The position numbers and the translations under genes were made by a program. A stretch of 53,307 nucleotides of DNA from a virus (taxonomy: Duplodnaviria; Caudoviricetes): positions 1 through 53,307 of the IMG/VR virus record IMGVR_UViG_3300048855_000082; one strand, given 5' to 3'. Every line of letters begins with the position of its first letter. Position 1 is the stretch's first letter. Under the pieces are notes generated by a model. That model ran no database searches and was not told where the DNA came from. It worked only from the letters and a program-made list of their open reading frames with translations. Of this stretch, positions 26,219-35,789 are shown piece by piece.

Positions 26219-27529
26219 TTAATCCTTCGAGTTTGCCGGCTGATCGAGCCAGTTCTGCAGAGCAGCCCTTGCGGCTTGCCCGTCGTCGCCCCGACCGAGC
26301 TGGTCGATTGGGGAGAGGTTGGTTTGTACGGTGAGCACCGAGGCATTGCCCCCCATCCTTGGGAGGTTCTCCTTCATCCGGCATTCGTCGCGGGTATAGA
26401 TGCCGTTCTGCACCATCTGCGAATACAGCGTGGCGCGGGCGGCACTGTCAGCGCGCATCAAGCCTTCAATCGTGAATTCCGGGTAGATCTGCCGGCGCTG
26501 CGCAGGCGTTAGCAATTTTCGACTAATCGCTTCCTCAATGCGGCGCATGTAACTGCGCAGCGTAAAGGTCAAAAACCGCAGCATCTTCTGCTCCAGCCCG
26601 GTACCCCAGTTCGAAGCTTTATCGCCGTAGCCGACCAGCGTCGGGTCCACCATGTAAAACCGGCAGATTTCTTCGGCGCTGTATTCGCGCGATTCCAGCA
26701 GCTGAGCATCAACGGGGTTGATGCCGATCACTTTGGCACTGACACCCTTCTCCAACACGGGCGACTTGCCGGCGTTCATCGCACCACTGATACGCTGGAC
26801 GTAATCCCGGAAGTCATCGCGCTGTTGCTTGTTCAGAAGCTGATCCACTTCAAAGGCAACTGTCTGGTGCATCCCGTTCTTGAAGGTGGCACTGGCCACG
26901 TCTTCAGCCGACATTGCGCCGCCAAAGACATCGGCTCCGTATGCAATTGGTGAAAGCCCGACCTGCCCATCCAGGGAGAACGCTGGAATGTGCATCATGT
27001 CGCTGCCGACAATATCGCGTGGCTGGCCGTCCTTTTCCCGGTACCGGTAAAGGAGCTCGCCGTTGTCGGCTACGTCGAGTTCTACCCGGTTGGGCAGCAA
27101 GAACTCAAGCGCCACAATTCGCCCGCTGACACGGATGATCTCGACGAAGGCGTTACCTCGCAGCAACATGGAGGCAACCACGGCTTCCCAGAACTGTACC
27201 GCCGTCATTCGGCTGTTGGGATTGGTGTTGAGTATCCAGTGCAGGTCGTTGTCGCCGGCCACCTCTCGACCGCCGTCCGGCATTCGGCGATACAAGCCGA
27301 GGGGCAGCGTGGCGATCGTTTCGGAAATGAGGCGCACGCAGGACCAGCACGCGGCCAGTCGCATTGCTTTATTGATCGTGACCGTCTTGCCATTGGCGGA
27401 AGTGCTGCCAACTGTTTGAGCCCAGATCCCGGAAGCGCCGCCAGAAATTGATCGCCCCACCCAATCGATGATCGAAGATCGTGGCGCCGTCACCGCACTG
27501 CTTAAAACAGATCGCAGAGACTTAGCCAC
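26219..27529 (-). CDS. Portal protein (HK97 family)
   Basis: CVRLISETIATLP, PNSRMT, GLSPI, DAQLLESR. Confidence 0.95.
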   Translation of the reverse strand: MAKSLRSVLSSAVTAPRSSIIDWVGRSISGGASGIWAQTVGSTSANGKTVTINKAMRLAACWSCVRLISETIATLPLGLYRRMPDGGREVAGDNDLHWILNTNPNSRMTAVQFWEAVVASMLLRGNAFVEIIRVSGRIVALEFLLPNRVELDVADNGELLYRYREKDGQPRDIVGSDMMHIPAFSLDGQVGLSPIAYGADVFGGAMSAEDVASATFKNGMHQTVAFEVDQLLNKQQRDDFRDYVQRISGAMNAGKSPVLEKGVSAKVIGINPVDAQLLESREYSAEEICRFYMVDPTLVGYGDKASNWGTGLEQKMLRFLTFTLRSYMRRIEEAISRKLLTPAQRRQIYPEFTIEGLMRADSAARATLYSQMVQNGIYTRDECRMKENLPRMGGNASVLTVQTNLSPIDQLGRGDDGQAARAALQNWLDQPANSKD

Positions 27530-27686
27530 TGGTCAGTCCCCTTCGAATGAAGGCCGCAGCAACGAAGCACGATGATGCGGCGGCAAGTAGCGCCCAGCCG
27601 ATGCCGAGCAGGATGTAAACGCCTGCCACAGCACAGGCGAAGCCCAGCACTGCGATCAGCAAGTAAATAATCGATGCTGTGTTCAT
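27522..27686 (-). CDS. Small two-TM protein between terL and portal
   Basis: [10 protein letters not shown]...; ATGA overlap with terL stop. Confidence 0.7.
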   Translation of the reverse strand: MNTASIIYLLIAVLGFACAVAGVYILLGIGWALLAAASSCFVAAAFIRRGLTSG

Positions 27687-29416
27687 TCGAATATTGGGTC
27701 CCGGATTGAATCCATGAATCGGTCCACGCCGCCATCGCCGACCACAACTTTCGTCATCGCTCGACCGACCGACATGATCAGCGCAACCGCGCCATCGATT
27801 TTGTTGTCGTCGCCCTGCTTGATCGGACGGACGACGTCGTTGTTGCCTGGCAGGTGCTTGCCGATCACGTTCGCAATACACCAGGTCATGACCGGGTTGC
27901 CGTCATGGTGGAACCGACCGGCTTCAATCGCCGCCTCTAGTTCCTTCATGGGGTCTGACATGTTCGTGTAGTTCTGGGTAATCGTGATCGGGTTGAAGCC
28001 CTCGTCATCCAGGTCGTGGCTCAGACCCGTTGCGCCGTGGGGGTCGATTGGTGATTCGCTCAAAGGGGCCTGATGATTGGCTTCCTTCGTGTCCTCGAGG
28101 ATCTCGCGATAATCGATCTCCGCCCCGTCGGTCACATCCAGATGCCCGGAGTTGACCCAAGCCTGGAACCGTTCCGCCATGCGTTTGTTATCGGTGTTGT
28201 AAGCGGTGTCGTAAGGGACCCAGAATTTCGGTTTGATGCTGTAGTAATGGGTCTTGCCATCAATGACGCGCCAGAAAAGGCGAGCCCTTGAGTTCATGTC
28301 CAGCTTGCGGGCCAAGTCGAAACCGGCAATCCACTCCTGCCCCTCGAACTGTTCGAGCGTCAGCGATGTGTCTTCACAGGCCTTCCAGCTTTCCATGTTG
28401 AAAAAGCCGGCTTTGGCGCTGACCCACAGGTTTAAGTGCTTGGTCTTGAACGTGTTGGCGAAGCGAGCAGATCGAATCGCCCGGGCCTGCTGGCTTTCCA
28501 GATACTCCTGGAACACCGACACCCCATGATTCGGATTGGCCTTGGCCAGCATTTTCGGATCGGTCCAGTCGTCGCCTTCGTCCAGAGTCCAGATCCAGCC
28601 GAACAACTCTTCGTCTGGCACCGTTCCGGCCAGCATCTCCACGACTTGGCGGCGCTTGTCGTAGCACGGCCCTTCGATATCTGCGCCAGCCGTGGTGATG
28701 ATGAACATCAGCGGCTGACGGCGCGCGCCCATACCTGTGAGCATCGTGTCGTATTGGGCCGAAGTCGGGTGTTCGTGATACTCGTCGACGATCGCGCAGC
28801 TGGGCGACGCACCGTCTCCGGGGTTGCCGATCAGAGGTTCAAAACGACTAAAGTCAGACGGGATATTCATGTTCGAGGCGTTGACTTCGATCCCGGCTGC
28901 CTGGATCAACATCGGCGACTTGCTGACCATCAGCTTCGCAGGCCGGAAAACTTCCCATGCCTGCTTCTCTGTGGTTGCACCCGCATAAACCTCGGCGCCG
29001 AACTCGCCGTCGGCCACAAACATGCTGATACCAACACCGCCGGCGACCACCGACTTACCGTTCTTGCGGGGCACTTCCCAGTAGCTCTCGCGGAAACGAC
29101 GGTGTCCGCCCTTCTTTTTCACCCACCCAAACGTGACCGCAAGGCCGAACAATTGCCAAGGCTCCAGGCTGATCAGCTGACGCTTGAAAGCCCACTCGCC
29201 CTTTGTGTGGGGCAGGAGCTGCATCAGCTTGAGCTTTTTCTCGGCCTTGATCGGATCGAACTTGTAGCGAAAGCCCTTCTTGCGACTGGCGGCCAGGTCA
29301 TCAAAGTGACGTTGCACAGCTTGGTGAATGAAACGGCAGGCTGGCACCTTTTCGCGCAGCAGCGACCGACCCCACGCCATCGCTTTGTCGACGTTGGGGT
29401 GGGAAAGTTTGGGCAT
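27683..29416 (-). CDS. terL: Terminase large subunit
   Basis: Walker A VPRKNGKS, Walker B IVDEYH, ITTAG, KIDGAVA. Confidence 0.97.
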   Translation of the reverse strand: MPKLSHPNVDKAMAWGRSLLREKVPACRFIHQAVQRHFDDLAASRKKGFRYKFDPIKAEKKLKLMQLLPHTKGEWAFKRQLISLEPWQLFGLAVTFGWVKKKGGHRRFRESYWEVPRKNGKSVVAGGVGISMFVADGEFGAEVYAGATTEKQAWEVFRPAKLMVSKSPMLIQAAGIEVNASNMNIPSDFSRFEPLIGNPGDGASPSCAIVDEYHEHPTSAQYDTMLTGMGARRQPLMFIITTAGADIEGPCYDKRRQVVEMLAGTVPDEELFGWIWTLDEGDDWTDPKMLAKANPNHGVSVFQEYLESQQARAIRSARFANTFKTKHLNLWVSAKAGFFNMESWKACEDTSLTLEQFEGQEWIAGFDLARKLDMNSRARLFWRVIDGKTHYYSIKPKFWVPYDTAYNTDNKRMAERFQAWVNSGHLDVTDGAEIDYREILEDTKEANHQAPLSESPIDPHGATGLSHDLDDEGFNPITITQNYTNMSDPMKELEAAIEAGRFHHDGNPVMTWCIANVIGKHLPGNNDVVRPIKQGDDNKIDGAVALIMSVGRAMTKVVVGDGGVDRFMDSIRDPIFE

Positions 29417-29901
29417 CAGCTACTCAATAATTTGGCGAACTCGTTGGTTTCCTTTTCCTTGTTGCCGCCGATCAAGCGCGTGCGGCTCGCCGGGTCCAGG
29501 CCAAGCATTGATCCGAACGTCACCATCTGACGCATCGTTTCGTTGGCCGCGGTCAGGGCTGGATTCTTCATCGGGCCACCAGTAGCCCCGGTCACCACAA
29601 TGCCGAACTGCTTGATCGACTCCTGCGCCATGCGCCAGTTGTCATAGGCGCTGCAGAACGCTTCGACGTTATGCAGATCGGTGATCGCGACGACGTTCTC
29701 GCGCAGCAGCTCCGGAACAATCATGTTCCACATCGTGGCGGCCCGAGGGCTGAACCACTCGGGCGGGTCGACCTGGGTGATCTTCGAAAACTGGGGCTCG
29801 GCGGTGTTCAGCGCACGCTTGCCCGGGTTCCCGGCCAATGCTTTCTTGGCCGTAGGTTTGGGTTTGCGACCACGGCCGGCGACCGTGGCGGTGCCTCCCA
29901 T
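29416..29901 (-). CDS. terS: Terminase small subunit (P27 family)
   Basis: GRKPKPT...[19 protein letters not shown]. Confidence 0.95.
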   Translation of the reverse strand: MGGTATVAGRGRKPKPTAKKALAGNPGKRALNTAEPQFSKITQVDPPEWFSPRAATMWNMIVPELLRENVVAITDLHNVEAFCSAYDNWRMAQESIKQFGIVVTGATGGPMKNPALTAANETMRQMVTFGSMLGLDPASRTRLIGGNKEKETNEFAKLLSS

Positions 29902-29919
29902 CGCGCAACTCCTGAATTT

Positions 29920-30005
29920 TTAATTTCGCGGGTGTAAAAAAACGACGGGCAGGCGGTGTCCGCCTCGTAAACCCTTGGACTTTTGACCCTCCCCCGCCCC
30001 AAAAC
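29920..30005 (-). other. Probable cos region
   Basis: Non-coding gap between HNH and terS with GGGGGAGGGTCAAAAG...CCGCCTGCC...TTTTTTTACACCCGCGAAATT pattern typical of P27/SfV-like cos phages. Confidence 0.55.
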
Positions 30006-30082
30006 GGTGCGAGCCCGACAAACGGTCGGGGAGTTGACGTGCCACATGGGGCCACTCACGTGCCACAGCATCCCGCCACGCC

Positions 30083-30442
30083 TCAGCCGTTGGCGCGTGC
30101 GGCCTGCGCCTCGCGCGCCGTCTTGAGCTTGTGGCAATCGTGATGGATCGCCCTGAGGTTGCTTGGGTAGTCAGTGCCTCCATGTGCCAACGCCACGATG
30201 TGGTCGACCTCCGTCGCAGCACGCACCCTGCCAAGCCGCACGCACTCCTCGCAGCGGCACAGGTAATGATCGCGAGCGAGAATCTTATCTCGCAGTCGGC
30301 GCCAGGGCCTGCCGCCACGGCCTGAACCCTGCCTGGTCCCCCATGATTTGGCGAGATCCAGATGAGCATCGCAGTACTTCACGTTGCGCGTCAGTACGCT
30401 GCAACCCCGGGCAGCGCATGGCTTGAGAGTTCTCTGCGGCAT
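30083..30442 (-). CDS. Packaging-associated HNH endonuclease
   Basis: RDHYLC..C, VDHIV...GG...NLRAI..CH..KT. Confidence 0.92.
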   Translation of the reverse strand: MPQRTLKPCAARGCSVLTRNVKYCDAHLDLAKSWGTRQGSGRGGRPWRRLRDKILARDHYLCRCEECVRLGRVRAATEVDHIVALAHGGTDYPSNLRAIHHDCHKLKTAREAQAARANG

Positions 30443-30574
30443 GTGCGCCTCAACATACGGAGCAGGTCGGCCACTTGCAGCGCGCGAATGCTAAAGCACC
30501 GGCGTGGTCGTGATCTTCCGGCATGATCATGGGGAATGGTGGGTAGCTTGGCACTGTGACGTACCAGGACTTTT

Positions 30575-30844
30575 TCACTTGCTTTGGCTGCGGACGATTT
30601 GCGCATCGACCTGGTCGGCGCACGTGTCGAGCAGCTTGATGGCCTGGTCTTTCAGTTCCCACACGTCGCCGTTGTCACGCAGATCGGTGTCGTCTGCATT
30701 GACCCGCTCGCACGGGATCAGCTCAGGGGCTTCCAGCCTTATGGCTGTTGTCTTTGTTACCACTTGCGGTTTTGCCCCGCAGGCCGTCAGGCAAAGGCTG
30801 AGCAGCCCAATCACGAACAGGTTTGCTGTTGCGCTTGAGATCAT
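30575..30844 (-). CDS. Outer-membrane spanin (Rz1-like lipoprotein)
   Basis: Lipobox LTAC; overlaps 3' end of i-spanin. Confidence 0.85.
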   Translation of the reverse strand: MISSATANLFVIGLLSLCLTACGAKPQVVTKTTAIRLEAPELIPCERVNADDTDLRDNGDVWELKDQAIKLLDTCADQVDAQIVRSQSK

Positions 30845-31109
30845 CGAATTCCTTCCTCGCTTTCTTGGCCTTGTCTTCGCTGGCCTTGATGCGCTTGTTC
30901 AGGTCGGCGGTGTAGTCAGCGTTGCGCTGTGCTTCAGCACGTAGCGTGGTGATGGTGGCGAGGCTCTCGGTATTCGCGGCAATCGCTTTCTGCTTGGCTT
31001 CGGTCTCAATCGCGATGTCGCCCCGAAGCGCGACCACTCGATATTGCTGAATGCAGACGAGGAGCAGACCGACCAGCCCGATGATCAAGGCCGTTGCAAT
31101 CGCTTTCAT
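30723..31109 (-). CDS. Inner-membrane spanin (Rz-like)
   Basis: N-terminal TM, coiled coil, WAAQPLP. Confidence 0.85.
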   Translation of the reverse strand: MKAIATALIIGLVGLLLVCIQQYRVVALRGDIAIETEAKQKAIAANTESLATITTLRAEAQRNADYTADLNKRIKASEDKAKKARKEFDDLKRNSKPVRDWAAQPLPDGLRGKTASGNKDNSHKAGSP

Positions 31110-31423
31110 AGTGAGTCCGCCTTGCGTCCGAGGAACCGGATGATCAGTTCACGTATGGCCGTTACGCCGACAAAGCCGATCGTTCCGCCGGCGGCTACCG
31201 ACAGGCTCGACGGCCAAGCCATCCACTCGATGACGCTACTGGCTGACAGGCTTAACGCACCGCAGATCATCGCCTCAAGGACGAGACGCCACTTGTTGGC
31301 CTCTTTGCCTTCATACAGCACGCGCAATAACGAAATAGTTGCGGCCATGATCGCTCCTTGCCAGAGCGGATTCGACAGGACGAGCCAGACCTGCGCCCAG
31401 AAGTCAGGTGATTTTTCAGGCAT
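31106..31423 (-). CDS. Holin, lambda family
   Basis: MPEKSPDFW, three TMs, GGTIGFVGV, basic C-terminus. Confidence 0.92.
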   Translation of the reverse strand: MPEKSPDFWAQVWLVLSNPLWQGAIMAATISLLRVLYEGKEANKWRLVLEAMICGALSLSASSVIEWMAWPSSLSVAAGGTIGFVGVTAIRELIIRFLGRKADSL

Positions 31424-31522
31424 GTTCGTCGTAGTCCGACATCCACCCTTTCGGGATCGGAAATGAATCGGCCCCGCAGCACTCCCAGCTCGGAGCGATG
31501 GGTGTGGCAGGGCCGAAAACGA

Positions 31523-31550
31523 AGAAACCCGGCGCGAGGGCCGGGTTTCT
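31523..31550 (-). terminator. tR'-like terminator in late leader
   Basis: AGAAACCCGGC/GCCGGGTTTCT inverted repeat followed by T-rich tract on minus strand. Confidence 0.7.
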
Positions 31551-31603
31551 GATGTTTGGTTGTCGTTGCGTATCACCGCACGCAAGATCGACATGATGGG
31601 GTT

Positions 31604-31633
31604 AATTTACGGCCAAACGGCCATCACGGTCAA
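31604..31633 (-). promoter_or_regulatory. Late promoter pR'-like
   Basis: TTGACC-18nt-TAAATT overlapping the Q-like stop codon. Confidence 0.6.
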
Positions 31634-32193
31634 GCGGCGTCTACAAAGATTTGTTCGGCGTCAAAGATGTGGGTCGCATGAATCACAGCCGCCTCTTCCA
31701 GCTGTTCGAGTCGCTTATGTATGCCAGCTCGCCAGTTGCGGCGGGTACGTTCTGGGGAGCCCTCCGTATCCCACGTGTTCATGTCGTAGAACTCCGCGGG
31801 CAGCACGATCATGTCGGTGGAGCGCTTGTCGGACTGGACGCCCTTGAGCTTCGGAATAGCCCAGGCGGTTAGCGCCTTATAGATGAACAGCTGCGGAGCG
31901 GGCGATGAAATGCGACTCACCAGCCGACCGATCGCGGCGACCTTGTTCGCTTTGTGCGTGGAGTACTTCGCAACAAGCACGTCCCACTGTGCTGACTCCA
32001 ATTGACGATGCAGCAGCGCGTACAGGCAGCAGTCGTAATCGAACTTGTCACGCGGCGAAAGGGTGCTGCCATTTCCACCCTGGCGCAGATCGGCATCGAT
32101 CAACTTCTGCCAGGACTGCTTCGTGCTGTTGTCGATGTTGTCAGCGGCCAGCACGCGCACCAGGGTACCCATCACATCTTTGTACATGCCCAT
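31630..32193 (-). CDS. Late transcription regulator (Q-like antiterminator)
   Basis: Immediately upstream of late promoter/terminator and holin; call mainly positional. Confidence 0.65.
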   Translation of the reverse strand: MGMYKDVMGTLVRVLAADNIDNSTKQSWQKLIDADLRQGGNGSTLSPRDKFDYDCCLYALLHRQLESAQWDVLVAKYSTHKANKVAAIGRLVSRISSPAPQLFIYKALTAWAIPKLKGVQSDKRSTDMIVLPAEFYDMNTWDTEGSPERTRRNWRAGIHKRLEQLEEAAVIHATHIFDAEQIFVDAA

Positions 32194-32196
32194 CGA

Positions 32197-32511
32197 TCAA
32201 TCCCCTGTGTAATTCGTGCCGCCGGCACCGCGCCGGTTGTTCTGTTCGTATTGTTCGTGCGCGCCGCCCTGGCTGTGCCGCGCCCGGTTCAGCTCAGCGG
32301 TGACGTTGCGCAGCCTCATGTTCAGTTGCGGCACCAGGTCTTCAAGCGGCAGCGCTTGACCGGTCGACTGGCAGACCCAGCCCGATCCGCGGCAGGCCGT
32401 GCAGTCCAGCTGATGGAATATCCCGCTGACAGCGCCGTTGCCGCGGCAGGTTGCGCACTCCATCAGCGGCTTCAATTCCTTGCGAAAGGCTGGTCCGTGC
32501 GACTTCTTCAT
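32197..32511 (-). CDS. Small Zn-finger protein (DnaJ-like CxxCxGxG repeats)
   Basis: CATCRGNG, CTACRGSG. Confidence 0.75.
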   Translation of the reverse strand: MKKSHGPAFRKELKPLMECATCRGNGAVSGIFHQLDCTACRGSGWVCQSTGQALPLEDLVPQLNMRLRNVTAELNRARHSQGGAHEQYEQNNRRGAGGTNYTGD

Positions 32512-33008
32512 TTGGCCTCCCGCAACTGCGCCTGGAGGGATTCGTTTTCTGCCCGCAGGCGGTCTATGTCGCTCTCGGCCGAGCGCAGGCAGGCCCGGAT
32601 TACTTTCAGAGTGTCCTCACTGACCTCAAATCGGCACTCAATGCCGGCGATGGCAGCTCGTAGAGCGGTGTTCTCCGCCTTAAGTTTGTCGCAGCGCTCG
32701 ACCTGGTCGGCAAAATACTCTCGATTGCGATGACTATCATCGGCCGCCCTTTCATGTTTGCCGATCAGTGCAAGCACCGCCTCTGGGCTGGCGGCAGCAA
32801 CGAAGGCCGTATTCGCTGCCCAGTTGTGGGAATCACGGGGATGCATATAGATGTGTTGACCGAACTGGTCTGCATCAGCAGCCAACCTTTTCAATTCGGC
32901 AAGGGCCGCAATTTCGCCCTGAATACTCATTTTGAAACCTCCGCGGCGATCAAACACTGGCGCTGGCTCAGCGACGTAAAAGCGGGTTCCATTCGGAAGA
33001 ATCGTCAT
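32508..33008 (-). CDS. Ead/Ea22-like protein
   Basis: ELKRLA...FVAAASPEAVLALI plus coiled coil. Confidence 0.65.
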   Translation of the reverse strand: MTILPNGTRFYVAEPAPVFDRRGGFKMSIQGEIAALAELKRLAADADQFGQHIYMHPRDSHNWAANTAFVAAASPEAVLALIGKHERAADDSHRNREYFADQVERCDKLKAENTALRAAIAGIECRFEVSEDTLKVIRACLRSAESDIDRLRAENESLQAQLREAK

Positions 33009-34303
33009 TTTGAAACCTCGCCATTCACAATGTTAGAAACAGGCTCGCAGCCCTCGCCGTTCGTGGCCTGCACGGGGTTTTGCGAATCTTCATATTGGGT
33101 GTCTGTCAGGTTGTGAATCGCGTTCAGGCCGCGCTCATCTAACCAGTTGTGCCACTTCTCCAACGCCGCCAGACGCTGCGCCCGGGCTTGGGTGTTGATG
33201 TAGGTGGATGCGATCTTGCCCAGCGAGTGGTTGAGCAGCATCTCGCCGATGTGCCCGTCGATGCCGAGGTCGGTCCAGGCGGTGCGGGCGACCTTGCGGA
33301 GGTCGTGGCTGGTCCACTCACCTTGGCCGATGCGGGTGAACACCGCGCTCGCCTGCCCCTCGCTCAGCACACGGCCGCGGCGTGACGGGAACAGGTAGAT
33401 GCCCTCGTAACCACGGGCCAGCTGAATGGCCCTGTACCGAGTCAGCAGCGCCTTGGCTTGAGCGGTCAACGGAACGCGATGTTCGGTCCGGGTCTTAGTA
33501 TTCTCGGCCGGGATAAACCACTCGCCGTCCGGGATGAAGATGTCTGACCAGCGCGCCATTCGGGTTTCACCGACTCGGGTGCCATGGCAGAGCATCATCA
33601 ACGCCAGCATGGCCTCGCCGGGCTGGCTCTCGAACAGGCCGGCCAGCATGGGCACCACCGCCGCCAGGTGTCCGCCGCGCAACCGGGCCGCCTTGGGCAT
33701 GATGCGAGCCTTCGTGAAGTCCACGAACTTCATTTCGGCCATCGGGTTTTTATCGATCAGGCCCAGCTTGGAGGCCTGCAGGAACGCGACCACCAGCAGC
33801 ACGAACAACTGGTGCACGTACGACAGCGACAGCTCTTGCTGGCATGGCCACATCAGCTCACGGTCCAACACGGCGGCGGTCAGGTCACGCAGGGGCACGT
33901 GCTCCAGCCTGGGCTTGAGGTGACACTTGATGGCCGACTTCGCCCCGGCCTTGCGCTTGGCCGAAAGCGAGCGGTCCAGGCTCATGCGCTCGCCGTACCA
34001 GTCAATCAGCTGTCCGCAGGTCGCGAGCTGCCCCACAGCTACGGCGGCTTCTGGATCGTGAAGCAGGCGCTGACGGAGCGCAGGCAACTCCGCAACGATG
34101 GCGGCCGCACTCAGCTCGGGCCAGCGCGCCAGGTGCTTCCACGTTTTGCCCTTGACCAGATACCAGGAGCCGCGCTGCCGATCTATGCCGAAGCGCAGGT
34201 ACAGGCCCGGGTGACGAGGGTCGCGCAGGTCATGCACGGCGAGGTCGGCTGACTGCCGGCGAATCTCCGCATCGCTGAGCTTCACAGCGCGGGTCTTGCT
34301 CAT
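33005..34303 (-). CDS. Second tyrosine recombinase (arm-binding domain plus catalytic domain)
   Basis: HGTRVGE, NTKT, HDLRK, LLNH, STY; DPRHPGLYLR N-terminus. Confidence 0.9.
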   Translation of the reverse strand: MSKTRAVKLSDAEIRRQSADLAVHDLRDPRHPGLYLRFGIDRQRGSWYLVKGKTWKHLARWPELSAAAIVAELPALRQRLLHDPEAAVAVGQLATCGQLIDWYGERMSLDRSLSAKRKAGAKSAIKCHLKPRLEHVPLRDLTAAVLDRELMWPCQQELSLSYVHQLFVLLVVAFLQASKLGLIDKNPMAEMKFVDFTKARIMPKAARLRGGHLAAVVPMLAGLFESQPGEAMLALMMLCHGTRVGETRMARWSDIFIPDGEWFIPAENTKTRTEHRVPLTAQAKALLTRYRAIQLARGYEGIYLFPSRRGRVLSEGQASAVFTRIGQGEWTSHDLRKVARTAWTDLGIDGHIGEMLLNHSLGKIASTYINTQARAQRLAALEKWHNWLDERGLNAIHNLTDTQYEDSQNPVQATNGEGCEPVSNIVNGEVSK

Positions 34304-34716
34304 GCAGCTACCACCGTCGGAGCGAGGCGCAGATAGGCGCGGATCTGCTCCATGGCGTCGAAGTGCCCACGGCACACAATCGCCAGATAGCCCTGATCGT
34401 TCAGCCGAAGGATCCACGCGTGCTGGCTTGCCGACACCGGAGCAGCGCCTGGCGGTGTGGCCTTGAATTCGATATAGAGACCGAAGTACCCACCACGCGC
34501 CATAGGCAGCACCAGATCAGGAACACCGGCTTTAACGCCCTGCTCTTTCAGTTTCATCGCCACCAGCTTGTGACGATGCCCTCCGTTGGGGACGTGATAG
34601 ATCAGCGCGAACACGTCCGGCAGGCGCAGTTCGAGCTCCTTCAACAGCGCCGCCTGTTCCAAACCCTCACGCTCTCCTGGCTTGGCGCGGCAGGTCTTCG
34701 GTTTGAACAGCCTCAT
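34300..34716 (-). CDS. VRR-NUC domain nuclease
   Basis: HVPNGG, GVPDL, LYIEFK, Q..W. Confidence 0.92.
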   Translation of the reverse strand: MRLFKPKTCRAKPGEREGLEQAALLKELELRLPDVFALIYHVPNGGHRHKLVAMKLKEQGVKAGVPDLVLPMARGGYFGLYIEFKATPPGAAPVSASQHAWILRLNDQGYLAIVCRGHFDAMEQIRAYLRLAPTVVAA

Positions 34717-34935
34717 TTAGCCGCGCCGTTCGAGAGCCGCGACGGAGAGAAAGCGAAACCACCGCGACCGTCGTGCAGAACCTTCGCGTTGTTCAGAAGG
34801 GTTTTAAGCTGAGACCAGGTCATCGAAACAACTCCTGCAAATTGGCCGGTTTCAGAACCGTTTCTACTTTGTGCCCAGACCCCATTGCCGCCACCAGGCT
34901 GATTGCTGCTATGCACATCCAGATGTGTGATGCGT

Positions 34936-35136
34936 TCATGCTGTTGGCTCCGCCAGGTCAACGACTTCGAAGGTATCGGGCCACATCAGCCGGCCGAATG
35001 ATTCGGCGATGGCCTTGCGATCAAACAGCGCAACCGCAGGATCCGGCGGAATCGACAAATCGACTTTCGAAGAGCACGCGTATACCGCATACCGGAAAGC
35101 CGCATGGTCGGGTGGGGCAAGTTTGGAGGTGGTCAT
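34936..35136 (-). CDS. Small hypothetical protein
   Basis: ATGA overlap with replication P gene. Confidence 0.6.
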   Translation of the reverse strand: MTTSKLAPPDHAAFRYAVYACSSKVDLSIPPDPAVALFDRKAIAESFGRLMWPDTFEVVDLAEPTA

Positions 35137-35789
35137 GCTGATGCTCCGGCGCGGCGGGCGCGCAGTTCGGCCAAGGCCTTGTTTCCGATATCGGGAGTGC
35201 GCCGGGCTTCAGCGCGAGCCGGCAGGGCTAAGGGCATCGTCTGCAGCGGCAGGCCCTCGATCATGCGGCGGCAGGTGATCACGTAGTTGCGCTCGAAAAG
35301 CTTCATGGCCAGAGAGGATTCCAGGCGGTTGAGCGGTTCGAAGCCGCATTCCTTGGCCGTGTGCCAGACCGCCTGATGCGACCACTTTCCCTGACCGGCC
35401 ATCGAGGGATGGACATTGCGGCAGGCTTCGTCGAACGCCTTCTGCAGCGGTGGGATACCGAGCATCTCCGGCGTGGGCTGGCACAGCTTGACGAACTTGC
35501 CCACACTTGGTGCGAAGTCCGAACCCAGCTTGCGGCACTGCTCGATGCCGAATCGGATCTGCTCGATGCGCGTGATATTCTCGGCCATGAACGCCTTAAT
35601 CCAAGTGGCTTTGGCGGCCTTTAGCGCGTCGTCATCCGGCCATGCTTGTTTCCAGGCCGGGAAGATCGCCATCAACTCGCGGAACAACTGATTGATCACG
35701 TGGACCGTGCCAGAGTCGATCTTGAGCGGAACGACCTCGGCGGATGGGACATTCGGTAGTTGCTGCATGATGTTCGCTACGGACTTCAT
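35133..35789 (-). CDS. Replication protein P-like
   Basis: LFRELMAIFPAW, PSVGKF, WSHQAV. Confidence 0.88.
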   Translation of the reverse strand: MKSVANIMQQLPNVPSAEVVPLKIDSGTVHVINQLFRELMAIFPAWKQAWPDDDALKAAKATWIKAFMAENITRIEQIRFGIEQCRKLGSDFAPSVGKFVKLCQPTPEMLGIPPLQKAFDEACRNVHPSMAGQGKWSHQAVWHTAKECGFEPLNRLESSLAMKLFERNYVITCRRMIEGLPLQTMPLALPARAEARRTPDIGNKALAELRARRAGASA

